A DNA stretch of 64,000 bases from an uncultured bacterium (GTDB lineage Bacteria; Actinomycetota; Acidimicrobiia; Spongiisociales; UBA5794). Both the position numbers and the translations under genes were made by a program. The stretch is taken from the NCBI GenBank assembly GCA_963801165.1, contig CAWDDT010000006.1, positions 416,001 through 480,000 on the forward strand. Direction: 5' to 3'. Of this stretch, positions 39,121 through 48,106 are shown one piece after another. The notes beneath the pieces were generated by a model. The model worked only from the letters and a program-made list of their open reading frames with translations. It made no database searches and was not told the DNA's origin. Every line of letters starts with the position of its first letter. The first letter of the stretch is position 1.

Positions 39121-40679
39121 GGAACGAGGTGAATCGGCTGACCGTTGACCGATGCAGTCCAGGTGGTGCGGTCGGTAATACCGGCAGAGACGCCGTAGCT
39201 CACGTACACCCAGCAGTCATCGCCGCTGCACGTGTAGTCAGGCGGGACCGTGAACTTGAAGTCGAGCCAGTCGTTGTTGTAGTCACCGGTGTTGAACGTG
39301 AGGTAGCAGTTGGCCCTACCGTCGTCGGGGGCATAGGGGCTCTTGACCCCACCGCTGTCAAAGCGAACCTGCATCTTGCAGTCGATGTTGTTTATCGGCG
39401 CTGCTGCGTTGGGGTTGTCGAACTGCAGTGTTCCCGACGAAGAAGACCCGATGTCGGATACGTCCCAGAGACTGATGACCAGTTCCGCCCCGGCGTAGAC
39501 CTCGTCGAGCCGGGCGATCTTGAATACGGGGTTGGACCCCGTGTCGGTCTGCCACAACGACATCGCCCCCAACCCGTAGACCTGGGTGTCGTTCGACGTC
39601 GAACCGCCCACCAATGTCCGCAGCGAGAAGCCGTTGATGACGTTGGTGTCGTTCTGTACGGACACCTCGACGACATAGATTCCCGCCGAGGCGTTGGGGA
39701 TGGTGCAGATGGTGTCCCAGGCATTCTTGGCACCCGACTCGTAGCTTCCCGAACCGCGACTGTGGTAGTCCGCGTAGCAGAGCTGTACCGAGTTGTCCTT
39801 CCACTGGTTCGGGGTTGCGTCTGGTGCGTAAACCTTGAAGACGGTCACGTTCTTGGACCCGGGGTCGGACGCGTAGCCGCCGGCGGCCCCGGCCGTTGCA
39901 CCGCTGCCGTATTGCCAGTCCTCGGCGGGACCGTCTCCGCCGACATTGTTGCCATCGCCATCGGTGTCATGGGTCACCCCGTCATAGACCTGGATCTGGA
40001 CGCTGTGGCCCTCACTCGCTGAGCCCGGGACGACCTCCACGGCGTACCAGTACGCCGGCGACCGTCGCTCGAAGTTGAGCGAGCCGCCGTCGAGCCACCA
40101 CGATGCATAGGCGTCTCCGGATCCCTTGCCGCGATCCTTCCCCGAGATGGCGAGGTAGAACTGGCGGAGTCTGGCGCCCCCGAGAGTTGGGTCCTCCCCC
40201 AGATATGACTCGTCGCTGCCGATCTTGAGCGGTGGCAGCTGCTCGGCCGTAGCCGTCTCGTTGATCTTGAAGCTATCGCGGCCAAAAACGCGCATGAAGA
40301 ACGTGTCGACTGTGGTGGCGACGTTGACACTGAGCTGGTTGCAGTTGGCCCCCTTGCTCGGCGTCACCGTCGCGTTTGCGCCGTGCTCGTACCCCTGGCT
40401 AAAAGCAAGCTCGAGCGCGGTTGCGTAGGCCTCGGTGCCGAGGACGGGATCCCCACAACCGGGCAACGGCATGTGGACAACCCCGGCAAGAGCGGCGGCC
40501 TCGGCCGCCTTCTCGACCTTGAGTTGGTTGTAGTAGAGCCAACCGAGGTCGACGGCGAACGCGGCCATTCCCAGCAAGATCACCAAAGAGAGCGCGGTCA
40601 GCACGAGCACGACACCGCGCTCGCGATCATCATGAGAGAGCCTTCTCACCAGGGGCAATTTGCGCAGCAGTCTCATCAT
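39117..40679 (-). CDS. TadG-like pilus tip/minor pilin with large Cys-containing extracellular domain (paralogue 1)
   Basis: ERG|VVLVLTAL...AVDLGWLY...AEAAALAG; colinear similarity to 36800..38356. Confidence 0.85.
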   Translation of the reverse strand: MMRLLRKLPLVRRLSHDDRERGVVLVLTALSLVILLGMAAFAVDLGWLYYNQLKVEKAAEAAALAGVVHMPLPGCGDPVLGTEAYATALELAFSQGYEHGANATVTPSKGANCNQLSVNVATTVDTFFMRVFGRDSFKINETATAEQLPPLKIGSDESYLGEDPTLGGARLRQFYLAISGKDRGKGSGDAYASWWLDGGSLNFERRSPAYWYAVEVVPGSASEGHSVQIQVYDGVTHDTDGDGNNVGGDGPAEDWQYGSGATAGAAGGYASDPGSKNVTVFKVYAPDATPNQWKDNSVQLCYADYHSRGSGSYESGAKNAWDTICTIPNASAGIYVVEVSVQNDTNVINGFSLRTLVGGSTSNDTQVYGLGAMSLWQTDTGSNPVFKIARLDEVYAGAELVISLWDVSDIGSSSSGTLQFDNPNAAAPINNIDCKMQVRFDSGGVKSPYAPDDGRANCYLTFNTGDYNNDWLDFKFTVPPDYTCSGDDCWVYVSYGVSAGITDRTTWTASVNGQPIHLVP

Positions 40680-40687
40680 GGCACTCC

Positions 40688-41326
40688 CTAGAACTGCTGT
40701 GGTTCCATACGCATCGTCGTCCTGTCCACCCAGCAGTTTCCAGGTGGCGAGGTGCATGAGACATCAGGCAGGGGCACCAGACCCCCGGTGATCCATACAT
40801 GCGAGAAGACGATGTCGACACCCATCACATCGAGGGTGCCCACCTGGACATTCCGGCTGTCCGGGGTCCACGACCCGCCGTAGCCGCCGCTGCCATCGTC
40901 GCCCGGACACGGATTCCAGTCACACAACGGTCCGGGGCCATCCCGGTAGTTGTAGTAGTACCTGACACAGTCACCGCCCGGGCATCCGCCGACCGGGTTA
41001 CCGTTCACATCGGACTTGTAGAAGTCGACATACTTGACGACCCCAACCCCGCCACTCGGCAGGTTGGAGAGAGTCTGCTCCAGAGCTTCGAGCATCACCT
41101 GGTCGGCCTCGGGGCCGTTGCCGACCGCAGTCCCGACCCTGGCCGCCGATTGCCCGGCGTTGCCGATGGTCAGTCGATCTCTGAAGGCAAGACCGTACTC
41201 CATGATCCCAAAGAGGATCATCAGCAGCAGCACCGCTACCAGCGCAAACTCCACCATTGACGATCCGTCCTGATCTTCAAAGGCTCCCTTGCGGAGAGTG
41301 GTCATTCGACTACGCATAGTGGTCAT
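40688..41326 (-). CDS. TadE/TadF-family minor pilin (paralogue 1)
   Basis: G|SSMVEFALVAVLLLMILFGIMEYG. Confidence 0.9.
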   Translation of the reverse strand: MTTMRSRMTTLRKGAFEDQDGSSMVEFALVAVLLLMILFGIMEYGLAFRDRLTIGNAGQSAARVGTAVGNGPEADQVMLEALEQTLSNLPSGGVGVVKYVDFYKSDVNGNPVGGCPGGDCVRYYYNYRDGPGPLCDWNPCPGDDGSGGYGGSWTPDSRNVQVGTLDVMGVDIVFSHVWITGGLVPLPDVSCTSPPGNCWVDRTTMRMEPQQF

Positions 41327-41375
41327 AGGTTACCTGGCCGCTCGTTGAATTGCTAGAGAAAATGATCTCCCGCTT

Positions 41376-41402
41376 CTATCGGCGCGGCTGGAGCAAACTT
41401 GT
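41376..41402 (-). promoter_or_regulatory. Sigma28/WhiG-type promoter of the tadE-tadG operon
   Basis: Minus strand ACAAGTTT-N11-GCCGATAG versus consensus TAAAGTTT-N11-GCCGATAA. Confidence 0.7.
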
Positions 41403-41452
41403 GGGTTTATCTTTGCGACCTGCAGACTCACTAGTCAGCAAGCCCGGCCGCC

Positions 41453-41731
41453 CTACTCTGCAAGCTTGCCAAGGAGCTTGGCCCGCTTTGCCTCGAGCCT
41501 GGCACGGCGCAAACGCAGCTGTTCGAGGTGGCGCTCAAACCGGGCCACGTCGGCCGCCGTCTCCCGGGCATCCGAACGATCGATGGGACTCCCCGACACC
41601 ACGGCGTCGCGCTGGGTGTCGTCGTTGAGATGCCGGTGGATGTTCAGCTCTTCAGCGGCCAGGTCCTCGGCGTGCTGGAGCGCGGCGATCTCGTCGCCGA
41701 TCTGAAACAGCTTGCGCTCGATTCGCTTCAT
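41453..41731 (-). CDS. Hypothetical coiled-coil protein, 92 aa
   Basis: Heptad-rich charged sequence; TAGACT -10 box 9 nt before the ATG. Confidence 0.7.
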   Translation of the reverse strand: MKRIERKLFQIGDEIAALQHAEDLAAEELNIHRHLNDDTQRDAVVSGSPIDRSDARETAADVARFERHLEQLRLRRARLEAKRAKLLGKLAE

Positions 41732-41823
41732 GGCAGAGCGAGTCTACGATCCCGGGCTCCCAAGGAGTACGTCGCAGACCTCTAATCCGGGTCGGCCGAC
41801 TCACTCCTAGACTGCACCGCCCT

Positions 41824-41907
41824 GCCGGGATGGCGAAATTGGTAGACGCGACGGACTCAAAATCCGTTGGGCGCAAGTCCGTGGGGGTTCGAGTCCCCCT
41901 CCCGGTA
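41824..41907 (+). tRNA. tRNA-Leu(CAA), CCA not encoded
   Basis: Acceptor GCCGGGA/TCCCGGT, D-loop TTGGTAGAC, anticodon arm ACGGA-CTCAAAA-TCCGT, long variable arm, GGTTCGAGTCC. Confidence 0.97.
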
Positions 41908-41910
41908 CGA

Positions 41911-41931
41911 GCCTGCTGCTTGGCAGCAGGC
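41911..41931 (+). terminator. Hairpin immediately after tRNA-Leu
   Basis: GCCTGCTGC-TTG-GCAGCAGGC perfect stem. Confidence 0.65.
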
Positions 41932-42151
41932 CACAGCTTTGTGCGGAGCGCGTCCGCAACGACACGGGGGGCCCAGTGGCGGTCGGGCCGTCGGCATCGC
42001 GGCGTGTGGTGCGGAAACCGCAAATGCGCCGACGGCCCTACCGCCGGTGAAGCCAAGCCGCGCTGGAAGGGTGCGGACCCGACTTGCGGCAATTCTTGCC
42101 GACGACACCCTGGGGCACCAGAGGCATAATCGGCGCCACCGTGCGAGCTAG

Positions 42152-42958
42152 TCAGCCCGACCGCATGGCGTCGGCGAGTTCGGCGACCGCCCTCGACAAC
42201 GAATCCCGGGCGGACGCGGCGTCCGGAGCCTCGAGCACTCTCCGCACCAGAGCCGTGCCGACGATGACGCCGTCGGCTGCTGCAGCCGCGAGACGTGCCT
42301 GGGTCGGCGTGGCGATGCCCACACCGGCAACCACGGGCGTGGCGCCGTGCTCTCGGACCCGCGCCACCAGCGACGCAATGTGACGCGACACCTCCGATCG
42401 CTCGCCCGTCACCCCGATCTCGGCGATCCCGTAGATGAACGGCGGGTCGGCCGCGATCACCCGCTTCAACCTGGCCTCAGTGGTGGTGGGAGCAACAAAC
42501 AAGACAAGACCAAGGTCGCGCTTCTGCAGCGCCTCGGCGAACGGCTCCGCCTCATCGACGGGCAGGTCGGCGATGATCACCCCCGATCCGCCGGCCCGCT
42601 TCACCGCATCGGCGAAGGTGTCGATGCCGATGCGGAGCACCGGGTTGACATACGTCATCACCACCGCGGGCTTGCCCGTTCGAGACACGACGTCGCCGAG
42701 GATCTCCAGACCGACGTCGACACCCGACCCTGCCTGCAGCGCCCGGTCGCCCGCGGCCTGGATGACGGGGCCGTCCATCAGCGGATCGGCATAGGGAATA
42801 CCCACCTCGAAGGCATCGGCCCCCGCCTCGGCCATTGCAACAAATAGGTCGGCCGATTCACCCGGCGTGGGCAACCCGGCGGTCATGTACGGCATGAGGG
42901 CCGCCCGTCGTTCGCTGCGGCACGTCGCAAAGAGATCCGCGAGCCGTTCCCTACTCAT
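42152..42958 (-). CDS. trpA: Tryptophan synthase alpha chain
   Basis: [43 protein letters not shown]. Confidence 0.96.
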   Translation of the reverse strand: MSRERLADLFATCRSERRAALMPYMTAGLPTPGESADLFVAMAEAGADAFEVGIPYADPLMDGPVIQAAGDRALQAGSGVDVGLEILGDVVSRTGKPAVVMTYVNPVLRIGIDTFADAVKRAGGSGVIIADLPVDEAEPFAEALQKRDLGLVLFVAPTTTEARLKRVIAADPPFIYGIAEIGVTGERSEVSRHIASLVARVREHGATPVVAGVGIATPTQARLAAAAADGVIVGTALVRRVLEAPDAASARDSLSRAVAELADAMRSG

Positions 42959-44138
42959 CGTGCTCACCCCTGGCAATGATCTGTTGCACGTCTTTGTCGC
43001 CCCGGCCGGAGAGATTGAGCACGACCGTCTTGCCCCGCAGTCGCGCCGCCTCTTTGATGATCCAGGCGAGGCCGTGCGCGGATTCGAGCGCCGGGATGAT
43101 GCCCTCCACCGAGGCAAGGTGGTACACCGCAGCGACCGCCTCCTCATCGGTTATCGAGGTGTACTCGACGAGTCCCTCATCCTTGAAGTAAGCGTGCTCC
43201 GGGCCCACTCCCGGATAGTCGAGACCGGCGGATATGGAGTGCGCTTCGAGGATCTGACCTTGATCGTCCTGGAGGAGGTAGGTCATTGAACCGTGAATGA
43301 CCCCAGGGCTGCCTGCGACAAGAGAAGCTCCGTGATGACCGGTCTCCAACCCGTACCCGGCGGCTTCGACACCAACCAGCTCGACACCCGATCCAACGTA
43401 CGGGTAGAAAACGCCCATCGAGTTCGAACCGCCGCCTACGCAGGCGACGATGACGTCAGGACGCGGTCTGTCGACGCCGTTCATCTGCTCTTGGAGCTCC
43501 TCCCCGATCACCTTCTGGAACTCGCGCACTATCCACGGAAACGGGTGAGGGCCCACGACCGAGCCGATGATGTAGTGCGTTCCGGTGACGCTCGCCACCC
43601 AGTCGCGCATAGCCGCAGAGACCGCGTCCTTCAAGGTGCCCGCACCCGACGTGACGGGCCGAACCTCGGTCCCGAGCATGCGCATCCGGTGCACGTTGAG
43701 TGCCTGGCGCTCGATGTCCTTCTCCCCCATGTAGACGACGCACTCCTGGCCCAGGAGCGCACAGGCCGTCGCCGTCGCCACCCCGTGCTGCCCCGCCCCC
43801 GTCTCGGCGATCACCCGCTGTTTCCCCATGCGCCTGGTAAGAAGCGCCTGGCCCATCGTGTTGTTGATCTTGTGTGCCCCTGTATGAGCGAGATCTTCCC
43901 GCTTCAAGTACAGCTCTACGCCTAATTCGTCTGAGAGACGGCTCGCCCGGTACACCGGCGTCGGTCTGCCGACGAAGTCCCGGAGCAACCCGTCCAGCTC
44001 GGCGTGAAAACCCGGATCCGCCCACGCCTCGACGAACGCGCTCTCGAGCTCTTCGAGCGCCGGCATCAGGGTCTCGGGTGCAAACTGGCCCCCGTAACCG
44101 GCGAACCTTCCTCTCTCATCTGGTCTGTCGAGTCTCAA
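42951..44138 (-). CDS. trpB: Tryptophan synthase beta chain
   Basis: [50 protein letters not shown]. Confidence 0.98.
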   Translation of the reverse strand: MRLDRPDERGRFAGYGGQFAPETLMPALEELESAFVEAWADPGFHAELDGLLRDFVGRPTPVYRASRLSDELGVELYLKREDLAHTGAHKINNTMGQALLTRRMGKQRVIAETGAGQHGVATATACALLGQECVVYMGEKDIERQALNVHRMRMLGTEVRPVTSGAGTLKDAVSAAMRDWVASVTGTHYIIGSVVGPHPFPWIVREFQKVIGEELQEQMNGVDRPRPDVIVACVGGGSNSMGVFYPYVGSGVELVGVEAAGYGLETGHHGASLVAGSPGVIHGSMTYLLQDDQGQILEAHSISAGLDYPGVGPEHAYFKDEGLVEYTSITDEEAVAAVYHLASVEGIIPALESAHGLAWIIKEAARLRGKTVVLNLSGRGDKDVQQIIARGEHDE

Positions 44139-44724
44139 CTGTTTTCGCCCTCTCGATGAAGTCAGCAACCATACCGTGGTCCTTACGCCCCGGTGATATC
44201 TCGAGGCCACTCGAGGCATCGACACCCCACGGCCGCACCATCTGAACCGCTTCGGCCACGTTGTCCGGCCCGAGCCCCCCGGCCAGGACAAAGTCACGCT
44301 CGACGCCGCCGATCATCGCCCAGTCGAACGTCTCCCCCGTCCCGCCCAGCTTCGATTGCGAGGGCGTGTCGAGTAGCGGGATACCCGGCACGGTCCCCAG
44401 CTCAGCCTGTGGCGATGACGGGAACAGCACCAGATAACCGGCCTGTTCCGCGGCCCGGGCCGTCTCCAATCGGTGTCGACCGTAGGGCTGCACCCCGCTC
44501 AGCGGGCCGCCGTGGAGGATTTCGAGGACGTCGTCCGGCTCGAGGTCCATCGTGAGCAGAACCGCATCCACCGGGACACGGTCGGCCAGCGCGAATGCAG
44601 TGTCGAGCGTGATGAACCGCGGCGACGAGGGCACGTTGACCAGGCCAATCGCATCGGCGCCGGCCGCTACCGCGGCCGAGACGTCTTCGGCGATGGTCAG
44701 CCCGCAGACCTTGACCCAGGTCAT
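44116..44724 (-). CDS. trpF: Phosphoribosylanthranilate isomerase
   Basis: [30 protein letters not shown]. Confidence 0.95.
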   Translation of the reverse strand: MTWVKVCGLTIAEDVSAAVAAGADAIGLVNVPSSPRFITLDTAFALADRVPVDAVLLTMDLEPDDVLEILHGGPLSGVQPYGRHRLETARAAEQAGYLVLFPSSPQAELGTVPGIPLLDTPSQSKLGGTGETFDWAMIGGVERDFVLAGGLGPDNVAEAVQMVRPWGVDASSGLEISPGRKDHGMVADFIERAKTVETRQTR

Positions 44725-45467
44725 GAGCCGGTGAGTCGGCCGATGAGCGCCGCCGGGTCGGAGCTCATGACGAGAGCCTCCCCGACCAGGATGGCGTCGT
44801 AGCCCGCGGCGGCCATCCGGGCCGCCCCGCTGGGACTCGACACCCCGCTCTCGGCAACCAGGACGCGTTGGCCGGCGACCACGGGGGCAATTCGCTCGGC
44901 CACGGCCAGGTCGGTGTGAAACGTCGCGAGATCACGATTGTTGATGCCGACCACGCTTGCGCCTACTCGCATCGCCACCGCCGCTTCCTCCGCAGTGTGG
45001 GCCTCCACGAGCGCCTGGATCCCCACCTTCCCGCATTCGCCCAGCATCATCGCAAGCCGGGCTTCGCCGAGGGCAGCCACGATCAACAAGAGCGCGTCGG
45101 CGCCGGCTGCCCGGGACTCCTCGATCTGGCGCGGCTCGATGATGAAGTCCTTGCGGAGCACCGGGACACCTACCGCGGTGCGCACTGCAGTCAAGTCGTC
45201 GAGCGACCCTGCGAAATAGTCAGGCTCGGTGAGGACGGATATCGCGGCGGCACCGCCCCGCTCGTAGGCGTTCGCCCGATCGACCGGATCAAGCCCGATG
45301 TTGAGATCGCCACGTGACGGGGAGCGACGCTTTATCTCGGCGATCACCTGGAGACCCGGCGCAGCGAGGGCTCCGGCAAAGTCGCGCGAGCTCGGGCCGG
45401 GACCTGAGAGCACAACTCCGTCCCGGTCGAGCCGTCGCCGTGTTGCGGCAAGAATCTCGTCGAGCAT
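44721..45467 (-). CDS. trpC: Indole-3-glycerol phosphate synthase
   Basis: IAEIKRRSPSRG, ISVLTE, LRKDF, GINNRDL, VAESG. Confidence 0.96.
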   Translation of the reverse strand: MLDEILAATRRRLDRDGVVLSGPGPSSRDFAGALAAPGLQVIAEIKRRSPSRGDLNIGLDPVDRANAYERGGAAAISVLTEPDYFAGSLDDLTAVRTAVGVPVLRKDFIIEPRQIEESRAAGADALLLIVAALGEARLAMMLGECGKVGIQALVEAHTAEEAAVAMRVGASVVGINNRDLATFHTDLAVAERIAPVVAGQRVLVAESGVSSPSGAARMAAAGYDAILVGEALVMSSDPAALIGRLTGS

Positions 45468-45491
45468 GGGGGCATAGTAAGACCGCCCCGC

Positions 45492-45791
45492 TCAGTCCTC
45501 CAGCGAGCGCACGTATTCGACGAGGCTCCTCACCTGCTCTGGCGTGAGCCGGCTGAAGCCGGGCATGTTGCCGGGACCGACCGCGATGACTCCGGCGATC
45601 TGCTCATCGGTGAGGTTCAGAGCGGCGTTAGATCCAGGCCCGATATCGAAGCCTATGCCACCGGACCCGTCCACCCCGTGACAGACGGCACAGGATCGGT
45701 CGAATAGATCCCTGCCGTACAGGTTCTGCTCGGAGGTGGCACACCCGGCGGTCAGCAGTGCGATCAGAGCAACGACAACGAGAACTCGCAT
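45492..45791 (-). CDS. Small c-type cytochrome lipoprotein
   Basis: Lipobox LTAGC; CAVCH heme motif; distal Met in GNMPGF. Confidence 0.9.
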   Translation of the reverse strand: MRVLVVVALIALLTAGCATSEQNLYGRDLFDRSCAVCHGVDGSGGIGFDIGPGSNAALNLTDEQIAGVIAVGPGNMPGFSRLTPEQVRSLVEYVRSLED

Positions 45792-45840
45792 GGGTCACGA
45801 ATCTAGGCCAACGCGCCGGCGGACCAGACGCGAAAGACGG

Positions 45841-47301
45841 TCACTCTGCTGCGACGCCGACCAGACGCGGCAACCGCACGACCACGGTTGTTCCCTGTCC
45901 GGGGCTGCTCTCGACATCGATCGAGCCGTCGATCGCATCCACCAGTTCCTTGACGATTGTGAGACCGAGCCCGGAGCCTTCAGGGCGCACCGGCCGGTAG
46001 CGCTGCGCTACGTACAGACGCTCGAATACGTGTTGGACGTCCTCGGGATCAATGCCGGGCCCCGTATCGGATACGGTCAAGCTCACCGTATCCAGGCTCA
46101 CCGTATCCTCCCTCCCGCGCAGCCCCACGCACACCGTTCCCCCTTCGGGGGCGTAGCGCAATGCGTTGTCGAGCAGGTTGCCGACGATCTGGCCAACCCG
46201 GTCCGGATCAATCGTGACCACACCGACATCGTCCAGGTCGGCCACCAGCGCAACGCGGAGCGCCTCTGCCCGGGCCTGCTGCGCCTCGACCAGCTCCGTG
46301 AGGTGCGCCGCCAGATCCACCTCCTCAGGGCGCCAGGTGAACTCGCGCGCCTCGAGGCGCGCCAGCAACATCAGATCCTCGATGAGCCTGCTCAGCCGGT
46401 CGGTCTGAACGCGCAGCACGCCGCCGATCCGCTTCATGTCGGCCGGCTCGACCTCGCCACCGTCGAGAGCTTCTGCGTACCCCCGGAGCGTCGTGAGCGG
46501 CGTCCGCAGATCGTGACCAACACTCATGAGAAAGTCACGCTCGCGGCGCCGCCCGTTATCGAGACGCGCCGCCATCTCATTCAATGCCCCCCCGAGTGCC
46601 GACACATCATCGTCACCATCTTCGGGCGCCCTCACCGAGAAGTCGCCGGTAGTGATCGCTGCGGCCGCCTCGCCGAGCCGATCCAGCCGACGCCCCACCC
46701 GCCGCGCTATCAACGTCGCCAGGATGACCGCCAGCACCGCACCGATTCCCAGCGAGAGGGCGAGAGGCTGCGCGAGGAGGTTGCCGTTCAGAAGCGGCTC
46801 GGTCCGACCGATCGCGATCAGGACCCGCGCCCTGTTGTTCCGCAGCCCGAGCGGGAGGCTGCTCACATACGCCAGTACCGGTCGGCCGCTGACCTCGGTC
46901 TTGATGACGTCGCCGATCACCGGGTCGGTACCCAGACTGTCGAAAAGCGGCCGCTGCACCGAAAACAGACTGCCCGTCGTCAGACCGTCTGCACCGACCA
47001 ACCGCGCCTCGACATAGTCGTGGCCGCCGACGGTACGAACAACCTCGAGCGTCCTCGGTATCGCCAGCAGGTCACTGGCGTCGGTGATCGGCAGGTTGTC
47101 TCGCAGCGACGCGACGATCAGAGTTGCGGTCGCATCGGCCTGCCGCCGCAGCTCGGCCTCGCTCTTGTCAACCAGTTTCCGGCTGATGACCGCGCCCGCG
47201 ACCAGCCCGGCAACCAGGGTCACCGCGGCCACCGCAAGCGCGCTCCACAGGACTTGACGTCGCAACGGGACCCGTGCCGCTCTTTCCAAACTGTCAGCCA
47301 C
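45841..47301 (-). CDS. HAMP-domain sensor histidine kinase (HisKA; BaeS-like)
   Basis: Two TM helices, HAMP, GHDLRTPLT, NLLDNALRY, DTGPGI, GSGLGL; GTG start overlaps the regulator 3' end. Confidence 0.92.
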   Translation of the reverse strand: MADSLERAARVPLRRQVLWSALAVAAVTLVAGLVAGAVISRKLVDKSEAELRRQADATATLIVASLRDNLPITDASDLLAIPRTLEVVRTVGGHDYVEARLVGADGLTTGSLFSVQRPLFDSLGTDPVIGDVIKTEVSGRPVLAYVSSLPLGLRNNRARVLIAIGRTEPLLNGNLLAQPLALSLGIGAVLAVILATLIARRVGRRLDRLGEAAAAITTGDFSVRAPEDGDDDVSALGGALNEMAARLDNGRRRERDFLMSVGHDLRTPLTTLRGYAEALDGGEVEPADMKRIGGVLRVQTDRLSRLIEDLMLLARLEAREFTWRPEEVDLAAHLTELVEAQQARAEALRVALVADLDDVGVVTIDPDRVGQIVGNLLDNALRYAPEGGTVCVGLRGREDTVSLDTVSLTVSDTGPGIDPEDVQHVFERLYVAQRYRPVRPEGSGLGLTIVKELVDAIDGSIDVESSPGQGTTVVVRLPRLVGVAAE

Positions 47302-47974
47302 CTTCCGCCATCCGGTACCCGACGCCCCATACCGTCTCGATGGGGATTTCGGGGAGCTTCTTGCGCAACTGGCGGACGTGGACGTCCACCGTCCGGGTCT
47401 CGCCAACGTAGTCGTACCCCCACACCGCCTCGAGCAGCTGTCGCCGCGACAGGACGAGTCCCGGGTGTGAGGCGAGATGCCAGAGCAGGTCGAACTCGCG
47501 GGCGGTCGGTCGCACGATCTCACCCGACGGCAACTCCACCTGTCTGCGCCCGCTGTCAATCGAGAAGCCGCCAACGCCAATCGTCTGCACCGACACCCGG
47601 CGCTCCTCGCTGCGACGCAGCACGGCTTTGACCCTCGCCACCAGCTCACGTGGGGAGAATGGCTTGGTCACGTAGTCGTCGGCTCCGATTTCGAGGCCCA
47701 CGATCTTGTCCACTTCGGAGTCGCGAGCGGTGAGCATGAGAATCGGGATATCGGAGGCGGCGCGCAGCCGTCGGCACACTTCGATGCCGTCGATACCCGG
47801 TAACCCGATGTCCAGGAGGGCCGCCCTAACATCTCCCTGTTTGGCCCGTTCCAGCCCTGCTTCGCCCGTCGCCGCATGGACCAGTCGAAACCCATCCCGC
47901 TCGAAATAGAGCCGGAGCAGGTCCGCAATGTCGCCTTCGTCCTCGATCAACAGGATCGTTCCACTCGTGGTCAC
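47294..47974 (-). CDS. OmpR/PhoB-family response regulator
   Basis: LIEDE, LDIGLP, GADDYVTKPFSPREL, RTVDVHVRQLRKK, TVWGVGYR. Confidence 0.95.
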   Translation of the reverse strand: MTTSGTILLIEDEGDIADLLRLYFERDGFRLVHAATGEAGLERAKQGDVRAALLDIGLPGIDGIEVCRRLRAASDIPILMLTARDSEVDKIVGLEIGADDYVTKPFSPRELVARVKAVLRRSEERRVSVQTIGVGGFSIDSGRRQVELPSGEIVRPTAREFDLLWHLASHPGLVLSRRQLLEAVWGYDYVGETRTVDVHVRQLRKKLPEIPIETVWGVGYRMAEGG

Positions 47975-48033
47975 ATGGCCTCCACCAGCCAGTATCGCTG
48001 CCGATTGTTCGAGGACTGTAAGAGATTCACAAA

Positions 48034-48106
48034 GACTTCGGGGGCGACTTCGGGGGCGACTTCGGGGGCGACTTCGGGGGCGACTTCGGGGACGACATCG
48101 GGGGGC
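48034..48106. repeat. 12-bp G-rich tandem repeat x6 (GACTTCGGGGGC), intergenic
   Basis: Four perfect and two degenerate units between the ygfZ-like stop and the regulator start. Confidence 0.95.

Noticed and set aside
41453-41731. Coiled-coil ORF as the anti-sigma RsiG for the sigma28 promoters
   Set aside because: It lacks the E-X3-S-X2-R-X3-Q-X3-D c-di-GMP motif; only proximity and helicity match
41824-41907. tRNA-Leu as the attachment site of a genomic island carrying tad genes
   Set aside because: No duplicated tRNA 3' end and no integrase seen; the tad genes lie on the 5' side and are interleaved with core genes
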